From: Eledone cirrhosa
Lineage: Eukaryota
Assembly: GCA_964016885.1 (NCBI GenBank)
Contig: OZ024754.1
Location: 24,490,001 to 24,554,000, forward strand
Direction: 5' to 3'
DNA length: 64,000 bases
Part shown: positions 22,723 to 37,700 of the stretch, piece after piece
Layout: each line of letters starts with the position of its first letter
Numbering within the stretch: the stretch's first letter is position 1
Program-made: the position numbers and the translations under genes
The notes under the pieces: model-generated
Told to the model about the DNA's origin: nothing
Database searches by the model: none
The model's input: the letters and a program-made list of their open reading frames with translations, nothing else

Positions 22723-25700
22723 ATCTAGAGAGAAGGCTGCACAGATCTACATATAAGTCTACAGATCTACAGATAGGGCTACAAATCTACAGATAGGTCT
22801 ACAGGTCTACAGATAGGTCTACAGATCTACAGATAAGGCTACAAATCTTCAGATAAGGCTACAGATCTACAGATAGGGCTACAGATATACAGATAAGGCT
22901 ACAGATCTTCAGATAGGGCTACAGATCTACAGACAAGGCTACAGATCTACAGTTAGGGATACAGATATACAGATAAGGCTACAAATCTACAGATAAGGCT
23001 ACAGTTCTACAGATAAGGCTACAGATCTACAGATAGGTCTACAGATAGGGCTACATATCTACAGATAGGGCTACAGATATACAGAGAAGGCTACAAACCT
23101 ACAGATAAGGCTACAGATCTACAGATAAGGCTAAAGATATACAGATAAGGCTACAGATCTACAGATAGGGCTACAGACCTACAGATAGGGCTACAGATCT
23201 ACAGACAAGGCTACAGATCTACAGGTAGGGCTACAGATCTACAGATAAGGCTACAAATCTACAGATAAGACAACAGATCTACAGATAAGGCTACTGATCT
23301 ACAGATAAGGCTACAGATCTAAACATAGGTCTACAGATCTACAGATAGGTCTACAGATAGGGCTACAGATCTAAATATAGGGCTACAGATCTACAGATAG
23401 GGCTACAGATCTACAGATAGGGGTACAGATCTACAGATAAGGCTATAGATCTACAGATAGGGTTATAGATCTACAGATAAGCCTACAGATCTACATCTAG
23501 GGCTACAGATCTACAGACAAGGCTACAGATCTACAAATAAGGCTACAGATCTACAGATAAAACTACATATCTACAGATCTATAGATAGGGCTACAGAACT
23601 ACAGATAGGTTTACAGATAGGGCTACAGATCTACAGATAGGGCTACAGATCTAGAGATAGGGCTACAGATCTACAGATAAGGCTACAGATCTACAGATAA
23701 GGCTAAAGAACTACAGATAAAGCTACATATCTACATATATGGCTACAGATCTACAGATAAGGTTACAAATCTACAGATAAGACTACAGATCTACAGATAA
23801 GGCTACAGATCTGCAGATGGGTCTACAGATAAGGCTACAGATCTACAGATAGGTCTACAGATAGGGCTACAGATCATAATATAGGGCTACAGATCTACAG
23901 ATAGGGCTACAGATCTACAGATAGGGCTACATATCTACAGATAGGGCTACAGATCTACAGATCTACAGATAAGGCTACAGATCTACAGATAAGCCTACGG
24001 ATCTACAGATAGGGCTACAGATCTACAGACAAGGCTACAGATCTACAGATCTACAGATAAGTCTACAGATCTACAGATAGGGCTACAGATCTACAGACAA
24101 GGCTACAGATCTACAGATCTACAGATAAGGCTACAGATCTACAGATAAGGCTACAGATCTACAGATAGGGCTACAGATCTACAGATAGGGCTACAGTTCT
24201 ACAGATAGGGCTACCAATCTACAGATAAGGCTACAAATCTACAGATAAGGCTACAAATTTACAGATAAGGCTACAAATAAGGCTACAGATCTACAGATAA
24301 GGCTACAGATCTACAGATAAGGCTACAGAACTACAGATAGATTTACAGATCTACAGATAGGGCTACAGATCTACAAATAGGCCTACAGATAGGGCTACTT
24401 ATCTACAGATAAAGCTACAGATCTACATATAAAGATACAGATCTACAGATAGGGCTACAGATTGACAGATAGGGCTACAGATCTACAGATAGGGCTACAA
24501 ATCTACAGATAAGGCTACAAATCTTCAGATAGGGCTACAGATAAGGCTACAGATCTACAGATAAGGCTACAGATCTACAGATAGGTCTACAGATAGGGCT
24601 ACAGATCCACAAATAGGTCTACAGACAGGGCTACAGATCTACAGATAAAGCTACAGATCTACAGATAAGGCTACATATCTACAGATAAGGCTACAAATCT
24701 ACAGATAGGGCTATAGATAAGGCTACATATCTACAGATAAGGCTACAGATCTACAGATAGGGCTACAGATAGGGCTACAGATCTACTGATAAAGCTACAG
24801 ATCTACAGATAAGGCTACAGATCTACAGATAAGGCGACAGATCTACAGATAAGACAACAGATCTACAGATAGAGCTACAGATTTACAGATATAGCTACAG
24901 ATCTACAGATAGGGCTACATATCTACAGATAAGGCTACAGATCTATAGATAAGGCTACAGATCTAGAGATAAGGCTGCAGATCTACAGATATGGCTACAG
25001 ATCTACAGATAAGGCTGAAGAACTACAGATAAAGCTACAGATCTACATATATGGCTACAGATTACAGATAAGGCTACAGATCTACAGATAAGACTACAGA
25101 TCTACAGATAGGGCTACAGATCTACAGACAAGGCTACAGATCTACAGATCTACAGATAAGTCTACAGATCTACAGATAGGGCTACAGATTTAGAGATAGG
25201 TTTACAGATATGGCTACAGATCTACAGATAGGGCTAGATATCTACAGATAGGGCTACAGATATACAGATAGGGCTACAGATATACAGATAGGGCTACAGA
25301 TCTACAGATATAGAGATAAGGCTACAGATCTACAGACAAGGCTATAGATCTACAGATAGGGCTACAGATCTACAGATAAGCCTACAGATCTACAGATAGG
25401 GCTACAGATCTACAGACAAGGCTACAGATCTACAGATCTACAGATAAGGCTACAGATCTACAGATAAGGCTACAGATCTACAGATAGGGCTACAGATCTA
25501 CAGATAGGGCTACAGTTCTACAGATAGGGCTACCAATCTACAGATAAGGCTACAAATCTACAGATAAGGCTACAAATTTACAGATAAGGCTACAAATAAG
25601 GCTACAGATCTACAGATAAGGCTACAGATCTACAGATAAGGCTACAGAACTACAGATGGATCTACAGATCTACAGATAGGGCTACAGATCTACAAATAGG

Positions 25701-28700
25701 CCTACAGATAGGGCTACTGATCTACAGATAAAGCTACAGATCTACATATAAAGATACAGATCTACAGATAAGGCTACAGATCTACAGATAGGGATACAGA
25801 TCTACAGATAGGGCTACAGATTGACAGATAGGGCTACAGATCTACAGATAGGGCTACAAATCTACAGATAAGGCTACAAATCTTCAGATAGGGCTACAGA
25901 TAAGGCTACAGATCTACAGATAAGGCTACAGATCTACAGATAGGTCTACAGATAGGGCTACAGATCTACAAATAGGTCTACAGACAGGGCTACAGATCTA
26001 CAGATAAAGCTACAGATCTACAGATAAGGCTACATATCTACAGATAAGGCTACAAATCTACAGATAGGGCTATAGATAAGGCTACATATCTACAGATAAG
26101 GCTACAGATCTAAAGATAGGGCTACAGATAGGGCTACAGATCTACTGATAAAGCTACAGATCTACAGATAAGGCTACAGATCTACAGATAAGGCGACAGA
26201 TCTACAGATAAGACAACAGATCTACAGATAGAGCTACAGATTTACAGATAGGGCTACAGATCTACAGATAGGGCTACGTATCTACAGATAAGGCTACAGA
26301 TCTATAGATAAGGCTACAGATCTAGAGATAAGGCTGCAGATCTACAGATATGGCTACAGATCTACAGATAAGGCTGAAGAACTACAGATAAAGCTACAGA
26401 TCTACATATATGGCTACAGATTACAGATAAGGCTACAGATCTACAGATAAGACTACAGATCTACAGATAGGGCTACAGATCTACAGATAGGGCTATAGAT
26501 CTACAGATAGGGCTACAGATCTACAGATAGGGCTACAGACCTACAGATAAGGCCATAAGTCTACAGATAAGGCTACAGATCTACAGATAAGGCTACAGAT
26601 AAGGCTACAGATCTACAGATTAGGCTACAGATCTACAGATAGGTCTACAGATCTACAGATAGGGCTACAGATCTACAAATAGGTCTACAGATAAGACTAC
26701 AGATAAGGCTACAGATCTACAGATAGGGATACAGATCTACAGATAGGGCTACAGATTGACAGATAGGGCTACAGATCTACAGATAGGGCTACAGATCTAC
26801 AAATAGGTCTACAGATAAGGCTACAGATAAGGCTACAGATCTACAGATAAGGCTACAGATCTACAGATAGGGCTACAGATAAGGCTACAGATCTGCAGAT
26901 AGGTCTACAGATAGGGCTACAGATCTACAAATAGGTCTACAGACAGGGCTACAGATCTACAGATAAAGCTACAGATCTACAGATAAGGCTACATATCTAC
27001 AGATAAGGCTACAAATCTACAGATAAGGCTACAGATCTACAGAAAGGGCTACAGATAAGGCTACAGATCTACAGATAAGGCTACAGATCTACAGATAGGT
27101 CTGCAGATAGGGCTACAGATCTACAAATAGGGCTACAGTTCTAAAGATAAAGGTACAGATCTACAGATAAGGCTACAGATCTACAGATAAGGCTACAGAT
27201 CTACAGATAGGGCTACAGATCTACAGATAGGGCTGCAGATCTACAGATAAGGCTACAGATCTACAGATAGGGCTACAGATCTACAGATCTACAGATAAGG
27301 CTACAGATCTACATATCAGGTTACAGATCTACAGACAAGGCTACAGATCTACAGATAGGGCTACAGATCTACAGATAGGCCTACATATCTACAGATAGGG
27401 CTACATATCTACAGATAAGGCTACAGATCTATAGATAAGGCTACATATCTACAGATAAGGCTACAGATCTAAAGATAGGGCTACAGATAGGGCTACAGAT
27501 CTACTGATAAAGCTACAGATCTACAGATAAGGCTACAGATCTACAGATAAGGCGACAGATCTACAGATAAGACAACAGATCTACAGATAGAGCTACAGAT
27601 TTACAGATAGGGCTACAGATCTACAGATAGGGCTACGTATCTACAGATAAGGCTACAGATCTATAGATAAGGCTACAGATCTAGAGATAAGGCTGCAGAT
27701 CTACAGATATGGCTACAGATCTACAGATAAGGCTGAAGAACTACAGATAAAGCTACAGATCTACATATATGGCTACAGATTACAGATAAGGCTACAGATC
27801 TACAGATAAGACTACAGATCTACAGATAGGGCTACAGATCTACAGATAGGGCTATAGATCTACAGATAGGGCTACAGATCTACAGATAGGGCTACAGACC
27901 TACAGATAAGGCCATAAGTCTACAGATAAGGCTACAGATCTACAGATAAGGCTACAGATAAGGCTACAGATCTACAGATTAGGCTACAGATCTACAGATA
28001 GGTCTACAGATCTACAGATAGGGCTACAGATCTACAAATAGGTCTACAGATAAGACTACAGATAAGGCTACAGATCTACAGATAGGGATACAGATCTACA
28101 GATAGGGCTACAGATTGACAGATAGGGCTACAGATCTACAGATAGGGCTACAGATCTACAAATAGGTCTACAGATAAGGCTACAGATAAGGCTACAGATC
28201 TACAGATAAGGCTACAGATCTACAGATAGGGCTACAGATAAGGCTACAGATCTGCAGATAGGTCTACAGATAGGGCTACAGATCTACAAATAGGTCTACA
28301 GACAGGGCTACAGATCTACAGATAAAGCTACAGATCTACAGATAAGGCTACATATCTACAGATAAGGCTACAAATCTACAGATAAGGCTACAGATCTACA
28401 GAAAGGGCTACAGATAAGGCTACAGATCTACAGATAAGGCTACAGATCTACAGATAGGTCTGCAGATAGGGCTACAGATCTACAAATAGGGCTACAGTTC
28501 TAAAGATAAAGGTACAGATCTACAGATAAGGCTACAGATCTACAGATAAGGCTACAGATCTACAGATAGGGCTACAGATCTACAGATAGGGCTGCAGATC
28601 TACAGATAAGGCTACAGATCTACAGATAGGGCTACAGATCTACAGATCTACAGATAAGGCTACAGATCTACATATCAGGTTACAGATCTACAGACAAGGC

Positions 28701-31700
28701 TACAGATCTACAGATAGGGCTACAGATCTACAGATAGGCCTACATATCTACAGATAGGGCTACATATCTACAGATAAGGCTACAGATCTATAGATAAGGC
28801 TACAGATCTACAGATAAGGCTACAGATCTACAGTTGGGGCTATAGATCTACAGTTAGGGCTACAGATAAGGCTACAGGGCTACAGATATACAGATAAAGC
28901 TACAGATCTACAGATAGGGCTACATATCTACAAATCTACAGATAAGGCTACAGATAGGGCTGCCGATCTACAGATAAGGCTACACATCTACAGATAAAGC
29001 TACAGATGGACAGATAAAGCTACAGATCTACATATAGGGCTACAAATCTACAGATAGGGCTACAGAACTACAGATAGGGCTGCAGATCTACAGATAAGGC
29101 TAAATAACTACAGATAAAGCTACAGATCTACATATATGGCTACAGATTACAGATAAGGCTACAGATCTACAGATAAGACTACAGATCTACAGATAGGGCT
29201 ACAGATCTACATATAGGGCTATAGATCTACAGATGGGGTTACAGATCTACAGATAGGGCTACAGATCTACAGATAAGGCTACAAATCTAAAGATAAGTCT
29301 ACAGATCTACAGATAAGGCTACAAATCTCCAGATAAGGCTACAAATAAGGCTACAGATCTACAGATCAGGCTACAGATCTACAGATAGGTCTACAGATAA
29401 GGCTACAGATATACAGATAAGGCTACAGATCTACAGATAGGTCTACAGATAGGGCTACAAATCTACAAATAGGTCTACAAATAGGGCTACAGATCTACAG
29501 ATAAAGCTACAGATCTGCAGATAAGGCTACAGATCTACAGATAAGGCTACAAATCTATAGATAGGGCTACAGATAAGGCTACAGATCTACAAATAAGGCT
29601 ACAGATCTACACATAAGGCTACAGATCTACAGCTAAGGCTACAGATCTACAGTTAGGGCTACATATATACAGATAGGTCTACATATCTACAGATAGGGCT
29701 ACAGATCTACAGATAAGGTTACAGATCTACAGATAAGGCTACAGATCTACAGATAAGGCTACAGATCTACAGGTAAGGCTACAGATCTACAGGTAAGGCT
29801 ACAGATCAACAGATATGTCTACAGATCTACAGATAGGGCTACAGATCTTCAGATAGGGCTACAGATCTACAGATAGGGCTACAAATCTACAGGTAAGGCT
29901 TCAAATCTACAGGTAGGGCTACAGATAAGGCTACAGACCTACAGATAAGGCTACAGATCTACAGATAGGGCTACAGATAGGGCTACAGATCTACGAATAG
30001 GTCTACAGATAGAGCTACAGATCTACATATAAAGTTACAGATCTACAGATAAGGCTACAAATCTACAGATAGGTCTACAGATCTACAGATAGGGCTACAG
30101 ATCTACAAATAGGCCTACAGATAGGGCTACAGATAGGGCTACAGATCTACAGATAAAGCTACAGATCTACAGATAGGGCTACAGATAGGGCTGCCGATCT
30201 ACAGATAAGGCTACACATCTACAGATAAAGCTACAGATGGACAGATAAAGCTACAGATCTACAGATAGGGTTACAGATCTACAGATAGGGCTACAGAACT
30301 ACAGATAGGGCTGCAGATCTACAGATATGGCTACAGATCTACAGATAAGGCTAAAGAACTACAGATAAATCTACAGATCTACATATATGGCTACAGATCT
30401 ACAGATAAGGTTACAAATCTACAGATAAGACTACAGATCTACAGATAAGGCTACAGATCTACAGATCGGACTACAGATAGGGCTACAGATCTACAGATAA
30501 GGCTACAGATCTACAGATAGGTCTACAGATCTAGAGATAGGTCTACAGATAGGGCTACAGATCATAATATAGGGCTACAGATTTACAGATAGGGCTACAG
30601 ATCTACAGATAGGGCTACATATCTACAGATAGGGCTACAGATCTACAGATCTACAGATAAGGCTACAGATCTACAGATAAGCTTACGGATCTACAGATAG
30701 GGCTACAGATCTACAGACAAGGCTACAGATCTACAGATCTACAGATAAGTCTACTGATCTACAGATAGGGCTACAGATTTTGAGATAGGTTTACAGATAT
30801 GGCTACAGATCTACAGATAGGGCTACAGATCTACAGATAGGGCTACATATCTACAGATAGGGCTACAGATATACAGATAGGGCTACATATATACAGACAG
30901 GGCTACAGATCTACAGATATACAGATAAGGCTACAGATCTACAGATAGGGCTACAGATCTACAGACAAGATTATAGATCTACAGATAGGGCTACAGAACT
31001 ACAGATAAGCCTACAGATCTACAGATAGGGCTACAGATCTACAGACAAGGCTACAGATCTACAGATCTACAGATAAGGCTACAGATCTACAGATAAGGGT
31101 AACAGATCTACAGATATACAGATAAGGCCACAGATCTACAGATAGGGCTACAGATCTACAGACAAGAGTATAGATCTACAGATAGGGCTACAGACCTACA
31201 GATAAGCCTACAGATCTACAGATAGGGCTACAGATCTACAGACAAGGCTACAGATCTACAGATCTACAGATAGGGCTACAGATCTACAGATAGGGCTACA
31301 GATCTACAGATAGGGCTACAGATCTACAGATAGGGCTACAAATCTACAGATAAGGCTACAAATCTACAGATAAGGCTACAAATTTACAGATAAGGCTACA
31401 GATAAGGCTACAGATCTACAGATAAGGCTACAGATCTACAGATAAGGCTACAGATCTACAGATAGATCTACAGATCTACAGATAGGGCTACAGATCTACA
31501 AATAGGCCTACAGATAGGGCTACCGATAGGGCTACTAATCTACAGATAAAGCTACAGATCTACATATAAAGATACAGATCTACAGATAAGGCTACAGATC
31601 TGCAGATAAGGCTACAGATCTACAGATAAGGCTACAGATCTACAGATAGGGATACAGATCTACAGATAGGGCTACAGATTGACAGATAGGGCTACAGATC

Positions 31701-34700
31701 TACAGATAGGGCTACAAATCTACAGATAAGGCTACAAATCTTCAGATAGGGCTACAGATAAGGCTACAGATCTACAGATAAGGCTACAGATCTACAGATA
31801 GGGCTACAGATCTACAGATAGGGCTATAGATCTACAGATAGGGCTACAGATCTACAGATAGGGCTACAGATAGGGCTACAGATCTACAAATAGGTCTACA
31901 GACAGGGCTACAGATCTACAGATAAAGCTACAGATCTACAGATAAGGCTACATATCTACAGATAAGGCTAGAAATCTACAGATAGGGCTATAGATAAGGC
32001 TACAGATCTACAGATAAGGCTACAGATCTACAGATAGTGCTACAGATAGGGCTACAGATCTACAGATAAAGCTACAGATCTACAGATAAGGCTACAGATC
32101 TACAGATAAGGCGACAGATCTACAGATAAGACAACAGATCTACAGATAGAGCTACAGATTTACAGATAGGGCTACAGATCTACAGATAGGTCTACATATC
32201 TAAAGATAAGGCTACAGATCTATAGATAAGGCTACAGATCTACAGATAAGGCTACAGATCTACAGTTGGGGCTACAGATAAGGCTACAGGGCTACAGATA
32301 TACAGATAAAGCTACAGATCTACAGATAGGGCCACATATCCACAAATCTACAGATAAGACTACAGATCTACAGATAGGGCTGCCGATCTACAGATAGGGC
32401 TACAGAACTACAGATAGGGCTGCAGATCTACAGATATGGCTACAGATCTACAGATAAGGCTAAAGAACTACAGATAAAGCTACAGATCTACATATATGGC
32501 TACACATTACAGATAAAGCTACAGATCTACAGATAAGGCTAAAGAACTACAGATAAAGCTACAGATCTACATATGTGGCTACAGATCTACAGATAAGGTT
32601 ACAAGTCTACAAATAAGACTACAGATCTACAGATAAGGCTACAGATCTACAGATGGGTCTACAGATAGGGCTACAGATCTACAGATAAGGCTACAGATCT
32701 ACAGATAGGTCTATAGATCTACAGATAGGTCTACAGATAGGGCTACAGATCATAATATAGGGCTACAGATCTACAGATAGGTCTACAGATCTACAGATAG
32801 GGCTACATATCTACAGATAGGGCTACAGATCTACAGATCTACAGATAAGGCTACAGATCTACCGATAAGCCTACGGATCTACAGATAGGGCTACAGATCT
32901 ACAGACAAGGCTACAGATCTACAGATCTACAGATAAGTCTACAGATCTACAGATAGGGCTACAGATTTAGAGATAGGTATACAGATATGGCTACAGATCT
33001 ACAGATAGGGCTACAGATCTACAGATAGGGCTACATATCTACAGATAGGGCTACAGATATACAGATAGGGCTACAGATATACAGATAGGGCTACAGATCT
33101 ACAGATATACAGATAAGGCTACAGATCTACAGATAGGGCTACAGATCTACAGACAAGGCTATAGATCTACAGATAGGGCTACAGATCTACAGATAAGCCT
33201 ACAGATCTACAGATAGGGATACAGATCTACAGACAAGGCTACAGATCTACAGATCTACAGATAAGGCTACAGATCTACAGATAAGGCTACAGATATACAG
33301 ATAGGGCTACGGCTCTACAGATAGGGCTACAGATCTACAGATAGGGCTACCAATCTACAGATAAGGCTTCAAATCTACAGATTAGCTACAAATTTACAGA
33401 TAAGGCTACAGATAAGGCTACAGATCTACAGATAAGGCTACAGATCTACAGATAAGGCTACAGATCTACAGATAGTTCTACAGATCTACAGATAGGGCTA
33501 CAGATCTACGAATAGGCCTACAGATAGTCCTACAGATAGGGCTACTGATCTACAGATAAATCTACAGATCTACATATAAAGATACAGATCTACAGATAAG
33601 TCTACAGATCTACAGATAGGGATACAGATCTACAGATAGGGCTACAGATCTACAGATAGGGATACAGATTTACAGATAGGGCTACAAATCTACAGATAGG
33701 GCTACAAATCTACAGATAAGGCTACAGATAAGGCTACAGATCTACAGATAAGGCTACAGATCTACAGATAGGGCTACAGATAAGGCTACAGATCTACAGA
33801 TAAGGCTACAGATCTACAGATAGGGCTACAGATAGGGCTACAGATCTACAGATAAGACTACAAATCTTCAGATAGGGCTACAGATAAGGCTACAGATCTA
33901 CAGATAAGGTTACAGATCTACAGATAGGTTTACAGATAGGGCTACAGATCTACAAATAGGTCTACAGACAGGGCTACAGATCTACAGATAAAGCTACAGA
34001 TCTACAGATAAGGCTACATATCTACAGATAAGGCTACAAATCTACAGATAAGGCTACAGATATACAGAAAGGGCTACAGATAAGGCTACAGATCTACAGA
34101 TAAGGCTACAGATCTACAGATAGGTCTACAGATAGGGCTACAGATCTACAAATAGGTCTACAGATAGGGCTACAGATCTACAGATAAAGGTACAGATCTA
34201 CAGATAAGGCTACAGATCTACAGATAAGGCTACAGATCTACAGATAGGGCTACAGATCTACAGATAGGGCTACAGATCTACAGATAAGGCTACAGATCTA
34301 CAGATAGGGCTACAGATCTACAGATCTACAGATAAGGCTACAGATCTACATATCAGGTTACAGATCTACAGACAAGGCTACAGATCTACAGATAGGCCTA
34401 CATATCTACAGATAGGGCTACATATCTACAGATAAGGCTACAGATCTATAGATAAGGCTACAGATCTACAGATAAGGCTACAGATCTACAGTTGGGGCTA
34501 TAGATCTACAGTTAGGGCTACAGATAAGGCTACAGGGCTACAGATATACAGATAAAGCTACAGATCTACAGATAGGGCTACATATCTACAATTCTACAGA
34601 TAAGGCTACAGATAGGGCTGCCGATCTACAGATAAGGCTACACATCTACACATAAAGCTACAGATGGACAGATATAGCTACAGATCTACAGATAGGGCTA

Positions 34701-37700
34701 CAAATATACAGATAGGGCTACAGAACTACAGATAGGGCTGCAGATCTACAGATATGGCTACAGATCTACAGATAAGGCTAAATAACTACAGATAAAGCTA
34801 CAGATCTACATATATGGCTACAGATTACAGATAAGGCTTCAGATCTACAGATAAGACTACAGATCTACAGATAGGGCTACAGATCTACATATAGGGCTAT
34901 AGATCTACAGATGGGGCTACAGATCTACAGATAGGGCTACAGATCTACAGATAAGGCTACAAATCTAAAGATAAGGCTACAGATCTACAGATAAGGCTAC
35001 AGATAAGGCTACAGATCTACAGATTAGGCTACAGATCTACAGTTAGGTCTACAGACCTACAGATAAGGCTACAGATCTACAGATATGTCTACAGATCTAC
35101 AGATAGGGCTACAGATCTACAAATAGGTCTACAGATAGGGCTACAGATAGGGCTACAGATCTACAGATAAAGCTAAAGATCTACAGATAAGGCTGCAATT
35201 CTACAGATCAGGCTACAGATCTACAGATAGTTCTACAGATAAGGCTACAGATCTACAGATAAGGCTACAAATAAGGCTACAGATCTACAGATCAGGCTAC
35301 AGATCTACAGATAGTTCTACAGATAAGGCTACAGATCTACAGATAAGGCTACAGATCTAAAGATAAGGCTACAGATCTACAGATAGGGATACATATCTAC
35401 AGATAGGGCTACAGATTTACAGATTGGGCTACAGATCTGCAGATAGGGCTACAGATAAGTCTACAGATAAGTCTACAGATCTACAGATAAGGCTACAGAT
35501 CTACAGATAGGGCTACAGATAAGGCTACAGATCTACAGATAAGGCTACAGATCTACAGATAGGTCTACTGATAGGGCTACAAATCTACAAATAGGTCTAC
35601 AAATAGGGCTACAGATCTACAGATAAAGCTACAGATCTACAGATAAGGCTACAGATCTACAGATAAGGCTACAAATCTATAGATAGGGCTACAGATAAGG
35701 CTACAGATCTACAGAAAAGGCTACAGATCTAGAGATAAGGCTACAGATCTACAGCTAAGGCTACAGATCTACAGTTAGGGCTACATATATACAGATAGGT
35801 CTACATATCTACAGATAGGGCTACAGATCTACAGATAAGGCTACAGATCTACAGATAAGGCTACATATCTACAGATAAGGCTACAGATCTACAGGTAAGG
35901 CTACAGATCTACAGGTAAGGCTACAGATCTACAGATATGTCTACAGATCTACAGATAGGGCTACAGATCTTCAGATAGGGCTACAGATCTACAGATAGGG
36001 CTACAAATCTACAGATAAGGCTTCAAATCTACAGGTAGGGCTACAGATAAGGCTACAGACCTACAGATAAGGCTACAGATCTACAGATAGGGCTACAGCT
36101 AGGGCTACAGATCTACGAATAGGTCTACAGATCTACAGATAGGGCTACAGATCTACAAATAGGCCTACAGATAGGGCTAGAGATAGGGTTACAGATCTAC
36201 AGATAAAGCTACAGATCTACAGATAGGGCTACAGATAGGGCTGCCGATCTACAGATAGGGCTACAGAACTACAGATAGGGCTGCAGATCTACAGATATGG
36301 CTACAGATCTACAGATAAGACTAAAGAACTACAGATAAAGCTACAGATCTACATATATGGCTACACATTACAGATAAGGCTACAGATCTACAGATAAGAC
36401 TACAGATCTACAGATAGGGCTACAGATCTACAGATAGGACTACAGATCTACAGATAAGGCTACAAATCTACAGATAAGGCTACAGATCTACAGATAAGGC
36501 TACAGATAAGGCTACAGATCTACAGATTAGGCTACAGATCTACAGATAGGTCTACAGATCTACAGATAAGGCTACAGACCTACAGATAGGTCTACAGATC
36601 TACAGATATGGCTACAGATCTACAAATAGGTCTACAGATAGGGCTACAGATAGGGCTACAGATCTACAGATAAAGCTAAAGATCTACAGATGAGGCTACA
36701 AATCTACAGATAAGGCTACAGATCTACAGATAAGGCTACAGATCTACAGATCAGGCTACAGATCTACAGATAGGGATACATATCTACAGATAGGGCTACA
36801 GATTTACAGATTGGGCAACACAACTACAGATAGGGCTACAAATCTACAGATAAAGCTACAAATCTACAGATAGGGCTACAGATAAGGCTACAGATCTACA
36901 GATAAGGCTACAGATCTAGAGACAGGTCTACAGATAGGGCTACAATTCTACAAATAGGTCTACAAATAGGGCTACAGATCTACAGATAAAGATACAGATC
37001 TACAGATAAGGCTACAGATCTACAGATAAGGCTACAGATCTACAGATAAGGCTACAGATCTAGAGACAGGTCTACAGATAGGGCTACAATTCTACAAATA
37101 GGTCTACAAATAGGGCTACAGATCTACAGATAAAGATACAGATCTACAGATAAGGCTACAGATCTACAGATAAGGCTACAGATCTACAGATAAGGCTACA
37201 GATCTACAGGTAAGGCTACAGATCTACAGGTAAGGCTACAGATCTACAGATATGTCTACATATCTACAGATAGGGCTACAGATCTACAGATAGGGCTACA
37301 GATCTACAGATAGGGCTACAGATCTACAGGTAGGGGTACAGATTTACAGAGAGTGCTACAGAACTACAGATAGGGCTACAAATCTACAGATAAGGCTACA
37401 AATCTACAGGTAGGGCTACAGATAAGGCTACAGATCTACAGATAAGACTACAGATCTACAGATAGGGTTACAGATAAGGCTACAGATCTACAGATAGGGC
37501 TACAGATAGGGTTACAGATCTACAAATAGGTCTACAGATAGGGCTACAGATCTACATATAAAGTTACAGATCTACAGATAAGGCTACAGATCTACAGATA
37601 TGTCTACTGATCTACAGATAGGGCTACAGATCTACAAATAGGCGTACAGATAGGGCTAAAGATTGAGCTACAGATCTACAGAAAAAGCTACAGATCTACA

